DNA of 64,000 nucleotides from a bacterium (GTDB lineage Bacteria > SAR324 > NAC60-12): assembly GCA_965233585.1 (NCBI GenBank), contig CBDDTI010000747.1, positions 928,001-992,000 of the forward strand, given 5' to 3'. Below, in pieces: positions 29,297-37,957 of this stretch. The first letter of the stretch is position 1; the number at the start of each line of letters is the position of its first letter. The position numbers and the translations under genes are program-made. The notes beneath the pieces were generated by a model, which ran no database searches, had not been told where the DNA came from, and saw nothing but the letters and a program-made list of their open reading frames with translations.

Positions 29297-29707
29297 TCAA
29301 CCGAATTTTAGCTTTTTGTTAGAGACAAGTTGTTCTGCAGTTTCAAGATAAGCAAGCATGACTTGTGAATAATGCTCAATACGTTCTTCAATGTCTTCTT
29401 TAAAGGTCAGGTCAATCACCAAACGTCTTTTTTCACCAATTTCTACAAAAATGCTTTTGCCGTTTGGTCCTGTGATGTGAAAGTAAGGCAGTTTAAAGGC
29501 TTTTCTCAGTAAAAAAACATAGTGTTCATGTTTAAGAGAAGAGAACATGATGAGGTGAGAGTAGGGAAGTTCCAGCTGAAAGTATTGATTTTTGATAGCA
29601 GTGAATGCAGAGACTTCTTGAAACCTTGCTTGTCCTTGACGAAAAAAGTCTAATAACTTCACCAAATCTTGCTTGTTGTTGATTGCGTTCATTGTTCCAA
29701 GTTCCAA
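29297..29707 (-). CDS. Hypothetical protein
   Basis: 136-aa ORF filling the gap between purL and the aminotransferase gene; no motif recognised. Confidence 0.55.
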   Translation of the reverse strand: MELGTMNAINNKQDLVKLLDFFRQGQARFQEVSAFTAIKNQYFQLELPYSHLIMFSSLKHEHYVFLLRKAFKLPYFHITGPNGKSIFVEIGEKRRLVIDLTFKEDIEERIEHYSQVMLAYLETAEQLVSNKKLKFG

Positions 29708-29802
29708 ATCCTAGATTGAAGATAGCCAAGCATGTTAACATGAACACATTCAAAAAACTAAAGTCTTTTGAGTTTTGACATCACCTTCAACAGTATCAAT
29801 GT

Positions 29803-31029
29803 ATGCAAAAAGAATTATTAAAGCAATATCAATCATTTCAAGAGAAAGGTCTAAATTTAGATTTGACTCGTGGTAAACCCTCTTCGGAACAATTAGATTT
29901 GTCAAATGACCTCTGTTCAGATTCTGGCAATGAGCTGTTTCATGCGGAGACAGACCTGCGTAATTATGGGGGAATTGACGGAATTGCAACAGCTAAGACG
30001 TTGGGGGCAGATATTCTACAAACTTCACCAGAACAGGTGTTGGTTGGTGGAAATAGCAGTCTGTCCTTGATGTATCACACTGTTTTAAATTCGTTTCTCT
30101 ATGGAGTAGATGAACAACAAGCATGGGTGAAAGAATCAGAACGTGTTGCTTTTTTGTGTCCTTCTCCGGGATACGACCGACACTTTACGATTTGTGAGAA
30201 TTTGGGAATTGACATGATTGCTGTGCCAATGCTTTCATCAGGTCCTGACATGGATCGCGTGGAACAAGACATTGCTAAGAATCCCAAAATACGTGGCATG
30301 TGGTGCGTTCCTAAATATTCTAATCCGACAGGCTGTATTTATTCAGATGAGACAGTGGAGCGAATTGCTCAACTTGGAAAAGTAGCACACCCTTCTTTTC
30401 GTGTGTTGTGGGACAATGCCTATGCGGTGCATGATTTTGGCACACCTCAACCTTTGGCAAGTCTTTTTGAGGCAGTGCAAAGGCATCAAACGCAAGATTC
30501 TGTTGTGGCATTTGCTTCAACCTCCAAAATCACTTTTGCAGGTGCAGGCATCAGCTTTCTGGCGTCGTCTCAAAAAAATCTGACCTCCTTAAAAAAACTT
30601 TTTTCAGTGATGAGCATCGGACCAGACAAGTTGAATCAACAACGTCACATGTTGTTTCTCAAAAACCTGTCTAATTTGCAAGACCACATGAAAAAGCAGG
30701 CTCAAATCATTCAACCTAAATTTGAGCTAGCCCTTTCTGTTCTGGCAAAAAACTTGAGCGAACCGAGTGAGGGGAGTTGGACGAAGCCGCAAGGGGGTTA
30801 CTTCATTTCATTTGAAACTCTGCCTTTTCAAGCAACCAAAGTCATTCGGCTTGCCAAAGATGCGGGGGTGAAGCTGACGCCTGCAGGCTCTGCATTCCCT
30901 TACAAAAAAGACCCTCTTGATACAAACATCAGAATTGCCCCAACCTTTGCAACTCTTGAAGACATTGAGCAGGCTATGGAAATCTTTACGTTGTGTGTCA
31001 AAATCGCTTTATCTTCTGAAGACGTTTAG
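29803..31029 (+). CDS. PLP-dependent aminotransferase class I/II (aspartate aminotransferase-like)
   Basis: LDLTRGKP, PGYDRHF, VPKYSNPTG, WDNAY, STSKIT (PLP lysine), NIRIAPT. Confidence 0.88.
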   Translation: MQKELLKQYQSFQEKGLNLDLTRGKPSSEQLDLSNDLCSDSGNELFHAETDLRNYGGIDGIATAKTLGADILQTSPEQVLVGGNSSLSLMYHTVLNSFLYGVDEQQAWVKESERVAFLCPSPGYDRHFTICENLGIDMIAVPMLSSGPDMDRVEQDIAKNPKIRGMWCVPKYSNPTGCIYSDETVERIAQLGKVAHPSFRVLWDNAYAVHDFGTPQPLASLFEAVQRHQTQDSVVAFASTSKITFAGAGISFLASSQKNLTSLKKLFSVMSIGPDKLNQQRHMLFLKNLSNLQDHMKKQAQIIQPKFELALSVLAKNLSEPSEGSWTKPQGGYFISFETLPFQATKVIRLAKDAGVKLTPAGSAFPYKKDPLDTNIRIAPTFATLEDIEQAMEIFTLCVKIALSSEDV

Positions 31030-32117
31030 TTGGCTTTTTGCAAAGTTGAGACAGGGACGATGAAAGCATCTTTGAATTTTTGGTCTTTCTCAATGACCTC
31101 CAGCCTTAACTGAATGGCTTTTTCTTTGTCTGTGTCTCCTCCGATTTGAACCCTGATAAACTCTACATCTTGTTGTGCTTGTTGTGCGATAAAGTAGAGT
31201 TGTTTCAAGTAAAGTTGATTCAAATGAGACCTGACACGCACAGCCACGTTTAAATCAGGAAAGAGTCCCAATGAAATACTGAACTTGTCATCTTGTTGTT
31301 TGCGGAAGGCATAGCCCGGCAGGGTGTTTTCATCGTTGATACGGCTCACCCAACGGGCAGCGTCTTCTTCTCCAAACTGCTGCCTAGAGACAACTTCTGT
31401 AATGTTGTTGACTTCTACATGCTTGTTGAGGATTGGCTTATAGCCGTATCTTTGAAGCAAAAATCGGAAATCATCAGCACATTCTTGATGAATGCAATTT
31501 GCCACTTGCACGTAGTATTGAATGACTTCTTTGGGTGGCGTTGGTTCTGGCTCTGCAACGGGTTCTGGTTTGGGCGGTGGTGGTGGAGGTTCTGGCTCTG
31601 GTGCGACTTCTACAACGGGTTCTGGCACAGGTGGCGGTAGGGGTAGAGGTTCTGGCTCTGGTGCGACTTCTACAACAGGCTCTGGGACAGGTGGAGGTAG
31701 CTCTGTTGGCTGGTTCATCCATGCTAAGATGGCAATGGTAAGACTTCCTAAAACTGCCCCTGAGACACCAGAAATGATTCCGGGAATGAGGAGAGGCTTT
31801 TTTTGTGAATCTTCCTCATCAAAACTTTTAGCAGGTTCATCGTCAAAACTTTCATCAGGTTCATCGTCAAAACTCTCATCAGGTTCATCGTCAAAACTTT
31901 CATCAGGTTCGTCATTATCAAAACTCTCTTCTGTCTCTTCTTCTTGCACATCAAGGTCATCAACAGTAGAGAGGTCTTCAAAGAAAGAATCTAGGTCTCG
32001 GTCTGAGTCTTCACCACCTAAATCATCTTCCATCAACTCATCAAATTGATCGGAAGACAAGCCATCATCGGCATCAAAATCATCCATGCCTTGTAGTTCA
32101 TCATCTTCTTCTGCCAT
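31026..32117 (-). CDS. Membrane-anchored protein with acidic N-terminus, Pro-rich linker and SPOR-like C-terminal domains
   Basis: Asp/Glu-rich repeats, single TM segment, PEP repeats, YYVQVA and RVQIG...DAFIV. Confidence 0.65.
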   Translation of the reverse strand: MAEEDDELQGMDDFDADDGLSSDQFDELMEDDLGGEDSDRDLDSFFEDLSTVDDLDVQEEETEESFDNDEPDESFDDEPDESFDDEPDESFDDEPAKSFDEEDSQKKPLLIPGIISGVSGAVLGSLTIAILAWMNQPTELPPPVPEPVVEVAPEPEPLPLPPPVPEPVVEVAPEPEPPPPPPKPEPVAEPEPTPPKEVIQYYVQVANCIHQECADDFRFLLQRYGYKPILNKHVEVNNITEVVSRQQFGEEDAARWVSRINDENTLPGYAFRKQQDDKFSISLGLFPDLNVAVRVRSHLNQLYLKQLYFIAQQAQQDVEFIRVQIGGDTDKEKAIQLRLEVIEKDQKFKDAFIVPVSTLQKAN

Positions 32118-32178
32118 GACTTATTGACTCAATTTAGCAAAATGGTTTAAAGGTGTGTTGGATTTTAACCTTTGTTTG

Positions 32179-32958
32179 TCATTGGGTTTTTTGATTATCC
32201 AAAAAAAGCTGATACGCTCCTTTGAGCGTCAAAAATTCATCAATGACCTCAATGTCAGCAATTTCACGACCCAATGTTTGACTCCAACCACCTGTTGCAA
32301 AAATCTTTGGTGTTCGGGGTTTATAGGTTTTTAGCTCTTGAATTGTTTGTTGCAACAAACCCTTAATCATTGCAACATATCCATAAAAAAGACCTGATTG
32401 TAGGCTTTCTATTGTGTGAGTTCCAATCAGTTGTTTTGGTTTTTCAAGGGGGACATAAGTCAGTTGCGAGGCATTTTGGAACAATGCCTCTGCTGATGTT
32501 GAAAACCCTGCACAGATCAATCCGCCTTCAAAGCGATTCTCATCAACAATGTTGAGTGTTGTTGCCGTGCCAAAATCTACCACAATGGACAATCCTTGAT
32601 GCAGGCGTCTGACAGCAACGGCATTAGCTAGTCGGTCAGCACCTAGACAATTTGGAGATTTGACACAAAGTTCTAAGTCTGAACATAGCTCATGGCTGAC
32701 ACACACCACATGAGGAGTTAAGCGACGGCTTGCCTTTTCTATCACCTCTTGCAAAGCAGGCACGACACAAGACACAACAGCACCTTGAACCCCAAACTTT
32801 TCTAACCCACATGCTAAAATCATGCCTCTAATGGACAAAAGATAATCATCAGCTGTTTTTATGGGGAAGGTGGTCAAACGGCAATGATTGACAATTTGCC
32901 CATCTACTGCAAACCCTAGCACAATGTTCGTGTTCCCAATATCCCAAACAAGAATCAT
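32179..32958 (-). CDS. coaX: Type III pantothenate kinase
   Basis: DIGNTN, LGADR, VDFGTATT, ATGG, LTLKG. Confidence 0.93.
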   Translation of the reverse strand: MILVWDIGNTNIVLGFAVDGQIVNHCRLTTFPIKTADDYLLSIRGMILACGLEKFGVQGAVVSCVVPALQEVIEKASRRLTPHVVCVSHELCSDLELCVKSPNCLGADRLANAVAVRRLHQGLSIVVDFGTATTLNIVDENRFEGGLICAGFSTSAEALFQNASQLTYVPLEKPKQLIGTHTIESLQSGLFYGYVAMIKGLLQQTIQELKTYKPRTPKIFATGGWSQTLGREIADIEVIDEFLTLKGAYQLFLDNQKTQ

Positions 32959-32973
32959 GTTTTTTTAAGAAAT

Positions 32974-35112
32974 CTAAACAAGCTCTATTTTTTTGAGGTC
33001 TAAACGTTCAGAGACCTGCTCTACAATTTGAAGGCAAAGCCATAAGCGGTTTTTCCTCACTTTTTCATCTTGGTCTAAAATCATCACTGCGTCAAAAAAT
33101 GCTGTGATGCAGGGTTCAAGCATCAACAATCCTTGAAAAAACTGGCTTGACACAGTCTGAAAAACTGGCTCATGTTGTCCATCATTCCCCTCTTCTAAAG
33201 TAGCATTGTTGCCATCAAGTGCTTTTTCAAATAAATCACGGTTTTGAAGTTCTGTGACTTTTTTGAACAACTCCCTTTCTTGGTCTGTTTGAGCTAACTC
33301 ATCATTCCAATCTAGGTCTTGGTTTTCCACTTCAGACAGATTGGTTTGCACAATATTGACTACACGAACCACCGATTCTATGGTTTGTTTAAATTGCTTA
33401 TGTTTTGAGAATTGAAGCAGTCCTTGAGCAAGGCATAATTGCCAGTAAGGTTTGGAGTCCAATGACATTTTTGCAGTGACAGACTCAATGAAGTCATGGC
33501 GCATGCCTTGTTGTTTCATTGCAAAAGTGAGGCGTTCTTTGAAAAAATGAACCAAATCTTCAAAAATCGTTAAATTCTCCAAACTTTCAAAATTGGGAAT
33601 GAGTTGTTTGAGGGAGAGAGAGATTTTTTTTTCAAAAAGAATTTGTATGATGCCATTCGCCGCACGCCTCAAAGCATAGGGGTCAGAAGACCCAGAAGGC
33701 TTTTTACCAGTAGAGAAAATAGTCGCGATTAAATCCATTTTTTCTGCCAAAGCAACAGGTAATGTGGTGGGGTCGCTAGGTAGAATGTCGCCATAAAATT
33801 TGGGTAAATAACGTTCCTTCAGACCTCTAGCAACTTGGGGCGATTCTCCATGTAAAAGTGCGTATTGTTCTGCCATGACACCTTGTAATTCAGGAAATTC
33901 ATAGACCATTTGAGTTTGCAGGTCAAAAAAAGCAAGTTCTGCAACCCTTTTGGAGGTGGCAATTTTTTCAGAATCAGTAGAATTGTTGTGGTCAAACAAG
34001 GAAGAACAGATTTGTTCCACTTGTTGCACAAGACGAGTTGTCCGATCTAGTAGGCTTCCTTTGTTGTGAAAAAAGGTCACACTGGCTAACTGCTGCACAA
34101 AGTCATTAGGTTTGTGTTTGCAATCATTTTCATAAAAAAATTGTGCATCTTTGAGACGTGCGTTGAGTACCTTCTCATTGCCTTTGACGACCGTGTCTTG
34201 TGCATGTTTAGAACATTGAGCGACTAGAATAAATTGGGGAAGCATCTGACCTTGTGCATCATAGACGCTGAAATAACGTTGATGCGTACTCATGGCAGTA
34301 GAAAGAGCTTGTGCAGGAACATTTAAAAAATCCTGATTAAAACAACCTTGCAAGACTGTTGGGTTTTCCACCAAATTTGTAGTCTCGTGAAGCAAATCCT
34401 CATCTAAATCTACATGAAATTGATTGGTTTGTTCCAGTTTGCGAATCTGCTCTACAATCGCTTGTTTTCGCAAGTCGTAAGAAACTATGACATTGTCAAA
34501 TGATGACGGATAATGTTGTGCATTGGTGATTTCTATCGTGTCAGTATGCTGCAAGCCGTAAGTCGTTCTTCCTGCCTGAATGCCTTCTATTTGCACGGGT
34601 AAGACTTCATCATTCCACAAGGAAACAATCCAATGAATCGGACGCACGTAGCTTAACTTGCTATTCCCCCAACGCATAGATTTAGGAAAAGACAACTCCA
34701 AGATCCATTTTTGCAACTGACTTTGAAACAACTTTTTTGACTCTTCCCCTTTGAGAGTTTGACGCACAAAAACAAACTTCTTGCCTTTGTCTTCTTGGAT
34801 TTGAAGCTGTTCTGCCAAAAGACCATGTTTTTTGGCAAAACCACGAGCGGCTTGAGTCCATACTCCGTTACTGTTTTGGGCAATTTCTAAGGAAGGTCCT
34901 TTGCTTGTGAGATGTCTGTCTTCTTGAAAATTTTCAATCTGTTGCACAAGCACAGCCAGACGCCTGGGGGTGGAAAATCCTTGAATGGTCTGGAAGTGGA
35001 TTTTGGATTGTGTGCAATAAGTTTTGATGAGAGATTCAAGCTGTTTTTGTGCAGGTAAAATGGCACTGGCTGGCATCTCTTCCATGCCAATTTCTAGTAA
35101 GTAATGATTCAT
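32974..35112 (-). CDS. glyS: Glycine--tRNA ligase beta subunit
   Basis: LLEIGMEEMP, TPRRLA, FPKSMRWG, EFPELQG, SGSSDPYALRR; start set at MNHYLLE. Confidence 0.93.
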   Translation of the reverse strand: MNHYLLEIGMEEMPASAILPAQKQLESLIKTYCTQSKIHFQTIQGFSTPRRLAVLVQQIENFQEDRHLTSKGPSLEIAQNSNGVWTQAARGFAKKHGLLAEQLQIQEDKGKKFVFVRQTLKGEESKKLFQSQLQKWILELSFPKSMRWGNSKLSYVRPIHWIVSLWNDEVLPVQIEGIQAGRTTYGLQHTDTIEITNAQHYPSSFDNVIVSYDLRKQAIVEQIRKLEQTNQFHVDLDEDLLHETTNLVENPTVLQGCFNQDFLNVPAQALSTAMSTHQRYFSVYDAQGQMLPQFILVAQCSKHAQDTVVKGNEKVLNARLKDAQFFYENDCKHKPNDFVQQLASVTFFHNKGSLLDRTTRLVQQVEQICSSLFDHNNSTDSEKIATSKRVAELAFFDLQTQMVYEFPELQGVMAEQYALLHGESPQVARGLKERYLPKFYGDILPSDPTTLPVALAEKMDLIATIFSTGKKPSGSSDPYALRRAANGIIQILFEKKISLSLKQLIPNFESLENLTIFEDLVHFFKERLTFAMKQQGMRHDFIESVTAKMSLDSKPYWQLCLAQGLLQFSKHKQFKQTIESVVRVVNIVQTNLSEVENQDLDWNDELAQTDQERELFKKVTELQNRDLFEKALDGNNATLEEGNDGQHEPVFQTVSSQFFQGLLMLEPCITAFFDAVMILDQDEKVRKNRLWLCLQIVEQVSERLDLKKIELV

Positions 35113-35265
35113 AAGGGAAAATGATGACTTGCTGATGAGCTTGGGAAAAAGTGTAAGAGAAAGCGAGAGAAAACTCAAGAAGTCTGACCAAACTTGAGTT
35201 TTCTGCTCATGTTTTCTAAAATTCTTGATTTGTCAAGATTTGATTTGTCAAAAGATGCACAAAAC

Positions 35266-36279
35266 ATGATTATAGGATTCCCGCACCCTGCCCCAGAAAT
35301 TGGAGGACCTGGTACATTTCAAACGCGAATTTGTCAAGTACTCAAAGACAAGGGTCATCAAATCATCTATCCTGAACACCGTCAAATCCCTGATGTCATT
35401 CTGGTAGTTGGAGGGACAAGAAAATTGCAATGGATTTGGAAGTGCAAACAACAAGGGGCAAAAGTTGTGCTGAGGCTTGATGGCTTGAACTGGCAACATC
35501 GTTTGGAGTCTAAGAAGTCATGGGCATACTGGCGTGCAGAGGCAGTCAATTTATTGGTGCAGACCATTCGCAAACATTTTGCCGATGTTGTGGTCTATCA
35601 AAGTGAATTTATCCGCCAATGGTGGCAATTCCGTTACGGGTCGTCTCTCAAACCTGAACATGTCATTTACAATGCCACAGATTTAAACCTGTTTTCTCCA
35701 CTGGCATCACAAAATAAAGAATCTTCAAAGCCAGATATTTTATGTATAGAGGGTTCAATCCATGACAATCCTTTGACCCGTGAAGTGCTGTCAAAATTAC
35801 CAACGCGGTTAGTTGAATCGTCCATTTGTTCAGACTTTAAAGTTTATGGAAAGGCAAGCACGGATTTGCGTCATTTTATGGATTCAGTAGAAGGCTTAAA
35901 TTATCGGGGGACAGTCCAACGTTCAGAAATTCCAGAAATGATGAGAGGGAATCATCTTTTTTTACCTCTTGAACCTCAACCGCCATGTCCCAATGCTGTG
36001 ATTGAAGCACTGGCATCAGGATTGCCCGTTGTTGGTTTTGACACAGGAAGTCTCAGGGAATTAGTGCCACCTGAAGCGGGGATTTTAGTGCCATACGGAG
36101 GCGACGCTTGGGCGATAGACAAACCAGATGTTGACGCATTACAATCTGCCATAGAGGAACTTGTTCCACAGATGAAAACTTTTCAAATTCGGGCAAGGCA
36201 AGTTGCAGAAGAGAGGTTTGATATAGACCAGATGACAGACAACTATCTCCATGTCATCAAGTCTTGTTTGAACTCCTAA
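35266..36279 (+). CDS. Glycosyltransferase family 4
   Basis: GGPGTF, RLDG, CPNAVIEALASGLPVV; start set at MIIGF. Confidence 0.85.
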   Translation: MIIGFPHPAPEIGGPGTFQTRICQVLKDKGHQIIYPEHRQIPDVILVVGGTRKLQWIWKCKQQGAKVVLRLDGLNWQHRLESKKSWAYWRAEAVNLLVQTIRKHFADVVVYQSEFIRQWWQFRYGSSLKPEHVIYNATDLNLFSPLASQNKESSKPDILCIEGSIHDNPLTREVLSKLPTRLVESSICSDFKVYGKASTDLRHFMDSVEGLNYRGTVQRSEIPEMMRGNHLFLPLEPQPPCPNAVIEALASGLPVVGFDTGSLRELVPPEAGILVPYGGDAWAIDKPDVDALQSAIEELVPQMKTFQIRARQVAEERFDIDQMTDNYLHVIKSCLNS

Positions 36280-36443
36280 TGACCTTTGACAAGAACACCT
36301 TTGAACTGACTTATCTCACTTATTCTAAGAAAAAAGTCAAGATTTTGGCAATCATTCTGGGTGCAAGAAAAACTCTGCATTGTATCTTTGGAAAGATTGC
36401 ACTATGATTTTCTGGTCAGGGTAACTTTTAGCACAAGAAAAAT

Positions 36444-37544
36444 ATGAGTAAATATAGAACACCTTTGCATGACTTGCATGTTGAGGCAGGTGCAACAATG
36501 GTGAATTTTGGAGAGTGGCGAATGCCCCTTCGTTACACAGGGGACAAAAAAGAACATCATGCCGTGCGTGAGAAAGTCGGCTTGTTTGATGTGAGTCACA
36601 TGGGAGAAATCAGAGTAGAAGGCAAGCATGCTTTTGATTTATTGCAATACGTCACTTGCAATGACTTGTCTCAAGTCAAAATTGGACAAGCTCAATACAA
36701 TGTCTTGCCCTCTGAAAGTGGGGGATTTATTGATGACATTGTCATCTACAAACGAGGAGAAGACACTTACTGGATTGTAGTCAATGCCGCAAATCAACAC
36801 AAAGATTTTGAATGGCTTCAACTGCAAAATCAAAAATTTGGGGCAACTCTACATTTTGAATCAGATGACTGGATTCAGCTAGCTGTTCAAGGACCTGATT
36901 CTTCTAAACTCACGTCCCTTCTTACGGAAAAATCTGTTGAGGACATGACTTATTACCACTTCCAAGAAGGTCATGTCATTGGGCATGAGGCAATCATCAG
37001 TCGCACAGGCTACACGGGTTCAGATGGCTTTGAAATCTATTTACACCCCAAGCATACCCAAGACATTTGGCATGCCATTCTTGAAGAAGGACGTGCTTTT
37101 GGCTTAACGCTTTGCGGTCTTGGAGCAAGGGATAGTTTGCGGATTGAAGCCAAGATGCTGTTAATGGGAACAGATGCTGATGAATCTACCAATATTTTAG
37201 AAGCTAGTTTGGGTTGGGCAGTGAAGCTAGACAAAGGGGAGTTTATTGGTCAAAAGGCATTGGCTCAAAAGAAGGAGTCTGGACTTTTGAGGCGATGGGT
37301 TGGTTTGGAAATGATAGACCAAGGCATCGCAAGAGCGGGCTATGACATTGAGCATGAAGGTCAAGTCATTGGGCAGGTCACCAGTGGTGTCTTTTCCCCA
37401 ACACTCAATCAAGCCATTGCTCTTGCCTCCATTCAAACTCCTTTTGCAAAGATTGGCACAGAGTTTCAAGTCAATGTGCGTGGAAAATTGAAGCGGGCTA
37501 AAGTGGTTAAAACTCCATTTTATCAAATCCCAAGAAATCGTTAA
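36444..37544 (+). CDS. gcvT: Glycine cleavage system aminomethyltransferase T
   Basis: RTPLH, GLFDVSHMGE, SRTGYTG.DGFE, GLGARDSLR. Confidence 0.96.
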   Translation: MSKYRTPLHDLHVEAGATMVNFGEWRMPLRYTGDKKEHHAVREKVGLFDVSHMGEIRVEGKHAFDLLQYVTCNDLSQVKIGQAQYNVLPSESGGFIDDIVIYKRGEDTYWIVVNAANQHKDFEWLQLQNQKFGATLHFESDDWIQLAVQGPDSSKLTSLLTEKSVEDMTYYHFQEGHVIGHEAIISRTGYTGSDGFEIYLHPKHTQDIWHAILEEGRAFGLTLCGLGARDSLRIEAKMLLMGTDADESTNILEASLGWAVKLDKGEFIGQKALAQKKESGLLRRWVGLEMIDQGIARAGYDIEHEGQVIGQVTSGVFSPTLNQAIALASIQTPFAKIGTEFQVNVRGKLKRAKVVKTPFYQIPRNR

Positions 37545-37567
37545 TTTTAAAACTAATTGAGGACATT

Positions 37568-37957
37568 ATGAGTAATATACCAAAAGAATTACTTTACACG
37601 AAAGACCATGAATGGATTCAGTTGACTGGGGATACAGCAGTCATTGGAATTACAGACCATGCACAAAATGCGTTGGGCGATGTGGTTTATGTAGATTTGC
37701 CAATGGTTGATGATGAATTTGAAGTAGGAGAAGAATTTGGCACGGTGGAGTCTGTCAAAGCAGTGTCTCCTCTTTATATGCCCATCACAGGTGTTGTGCT
37801 TGAATCTAATACAGAACTGAACGATCAACCAGAACTCATCAATTCTGATTGCTATGAAGATGGTTGGCTTGTCAGGATCAAAATCACTCACGATGAACGG
37901 GAGCATCTTCTTGATGCAGAAACTTATGAACAATTTTTAACAGACGAGTCAGAATGA
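37568..37957 (+). CDS. gcvH: Glycine cleavage system H protein
   Basis: HEW, GITDHAQ..LGDVVYV, VESVKA lipoyl lysine. Confidence 0.96.
   Translation: MSNIPKELLYTKDHEWIQLTGDTAVIGITDHAQNALGDVVYVDLPMVDDEFEVGEEFGTVESVKAVSPLYMPITGVVLESNTELNDQPELINSDCYEDGWLVRIKITHDEREHLLDAETYEQFLTDESE

Noticed and set aside
31522..32049. Gly/Ser-rich plus-strand ORF and other antisense or alternate-frame ORFs inside long genes (e.g. 19620-20204, 12921-13440, 55953-56633)
   Set aside because: Shadow frames of well-supported genes or of their coding repeats
36280..36443. Glycine riboswitch upstream of gcvT (and preQ1 riboswitch upstream of queF)
   Set aside because: No recognisable aptamer motifs by eye; the queF leader is only 40 bp after the IS end. 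An Rfam/Infernal scan would be decisive
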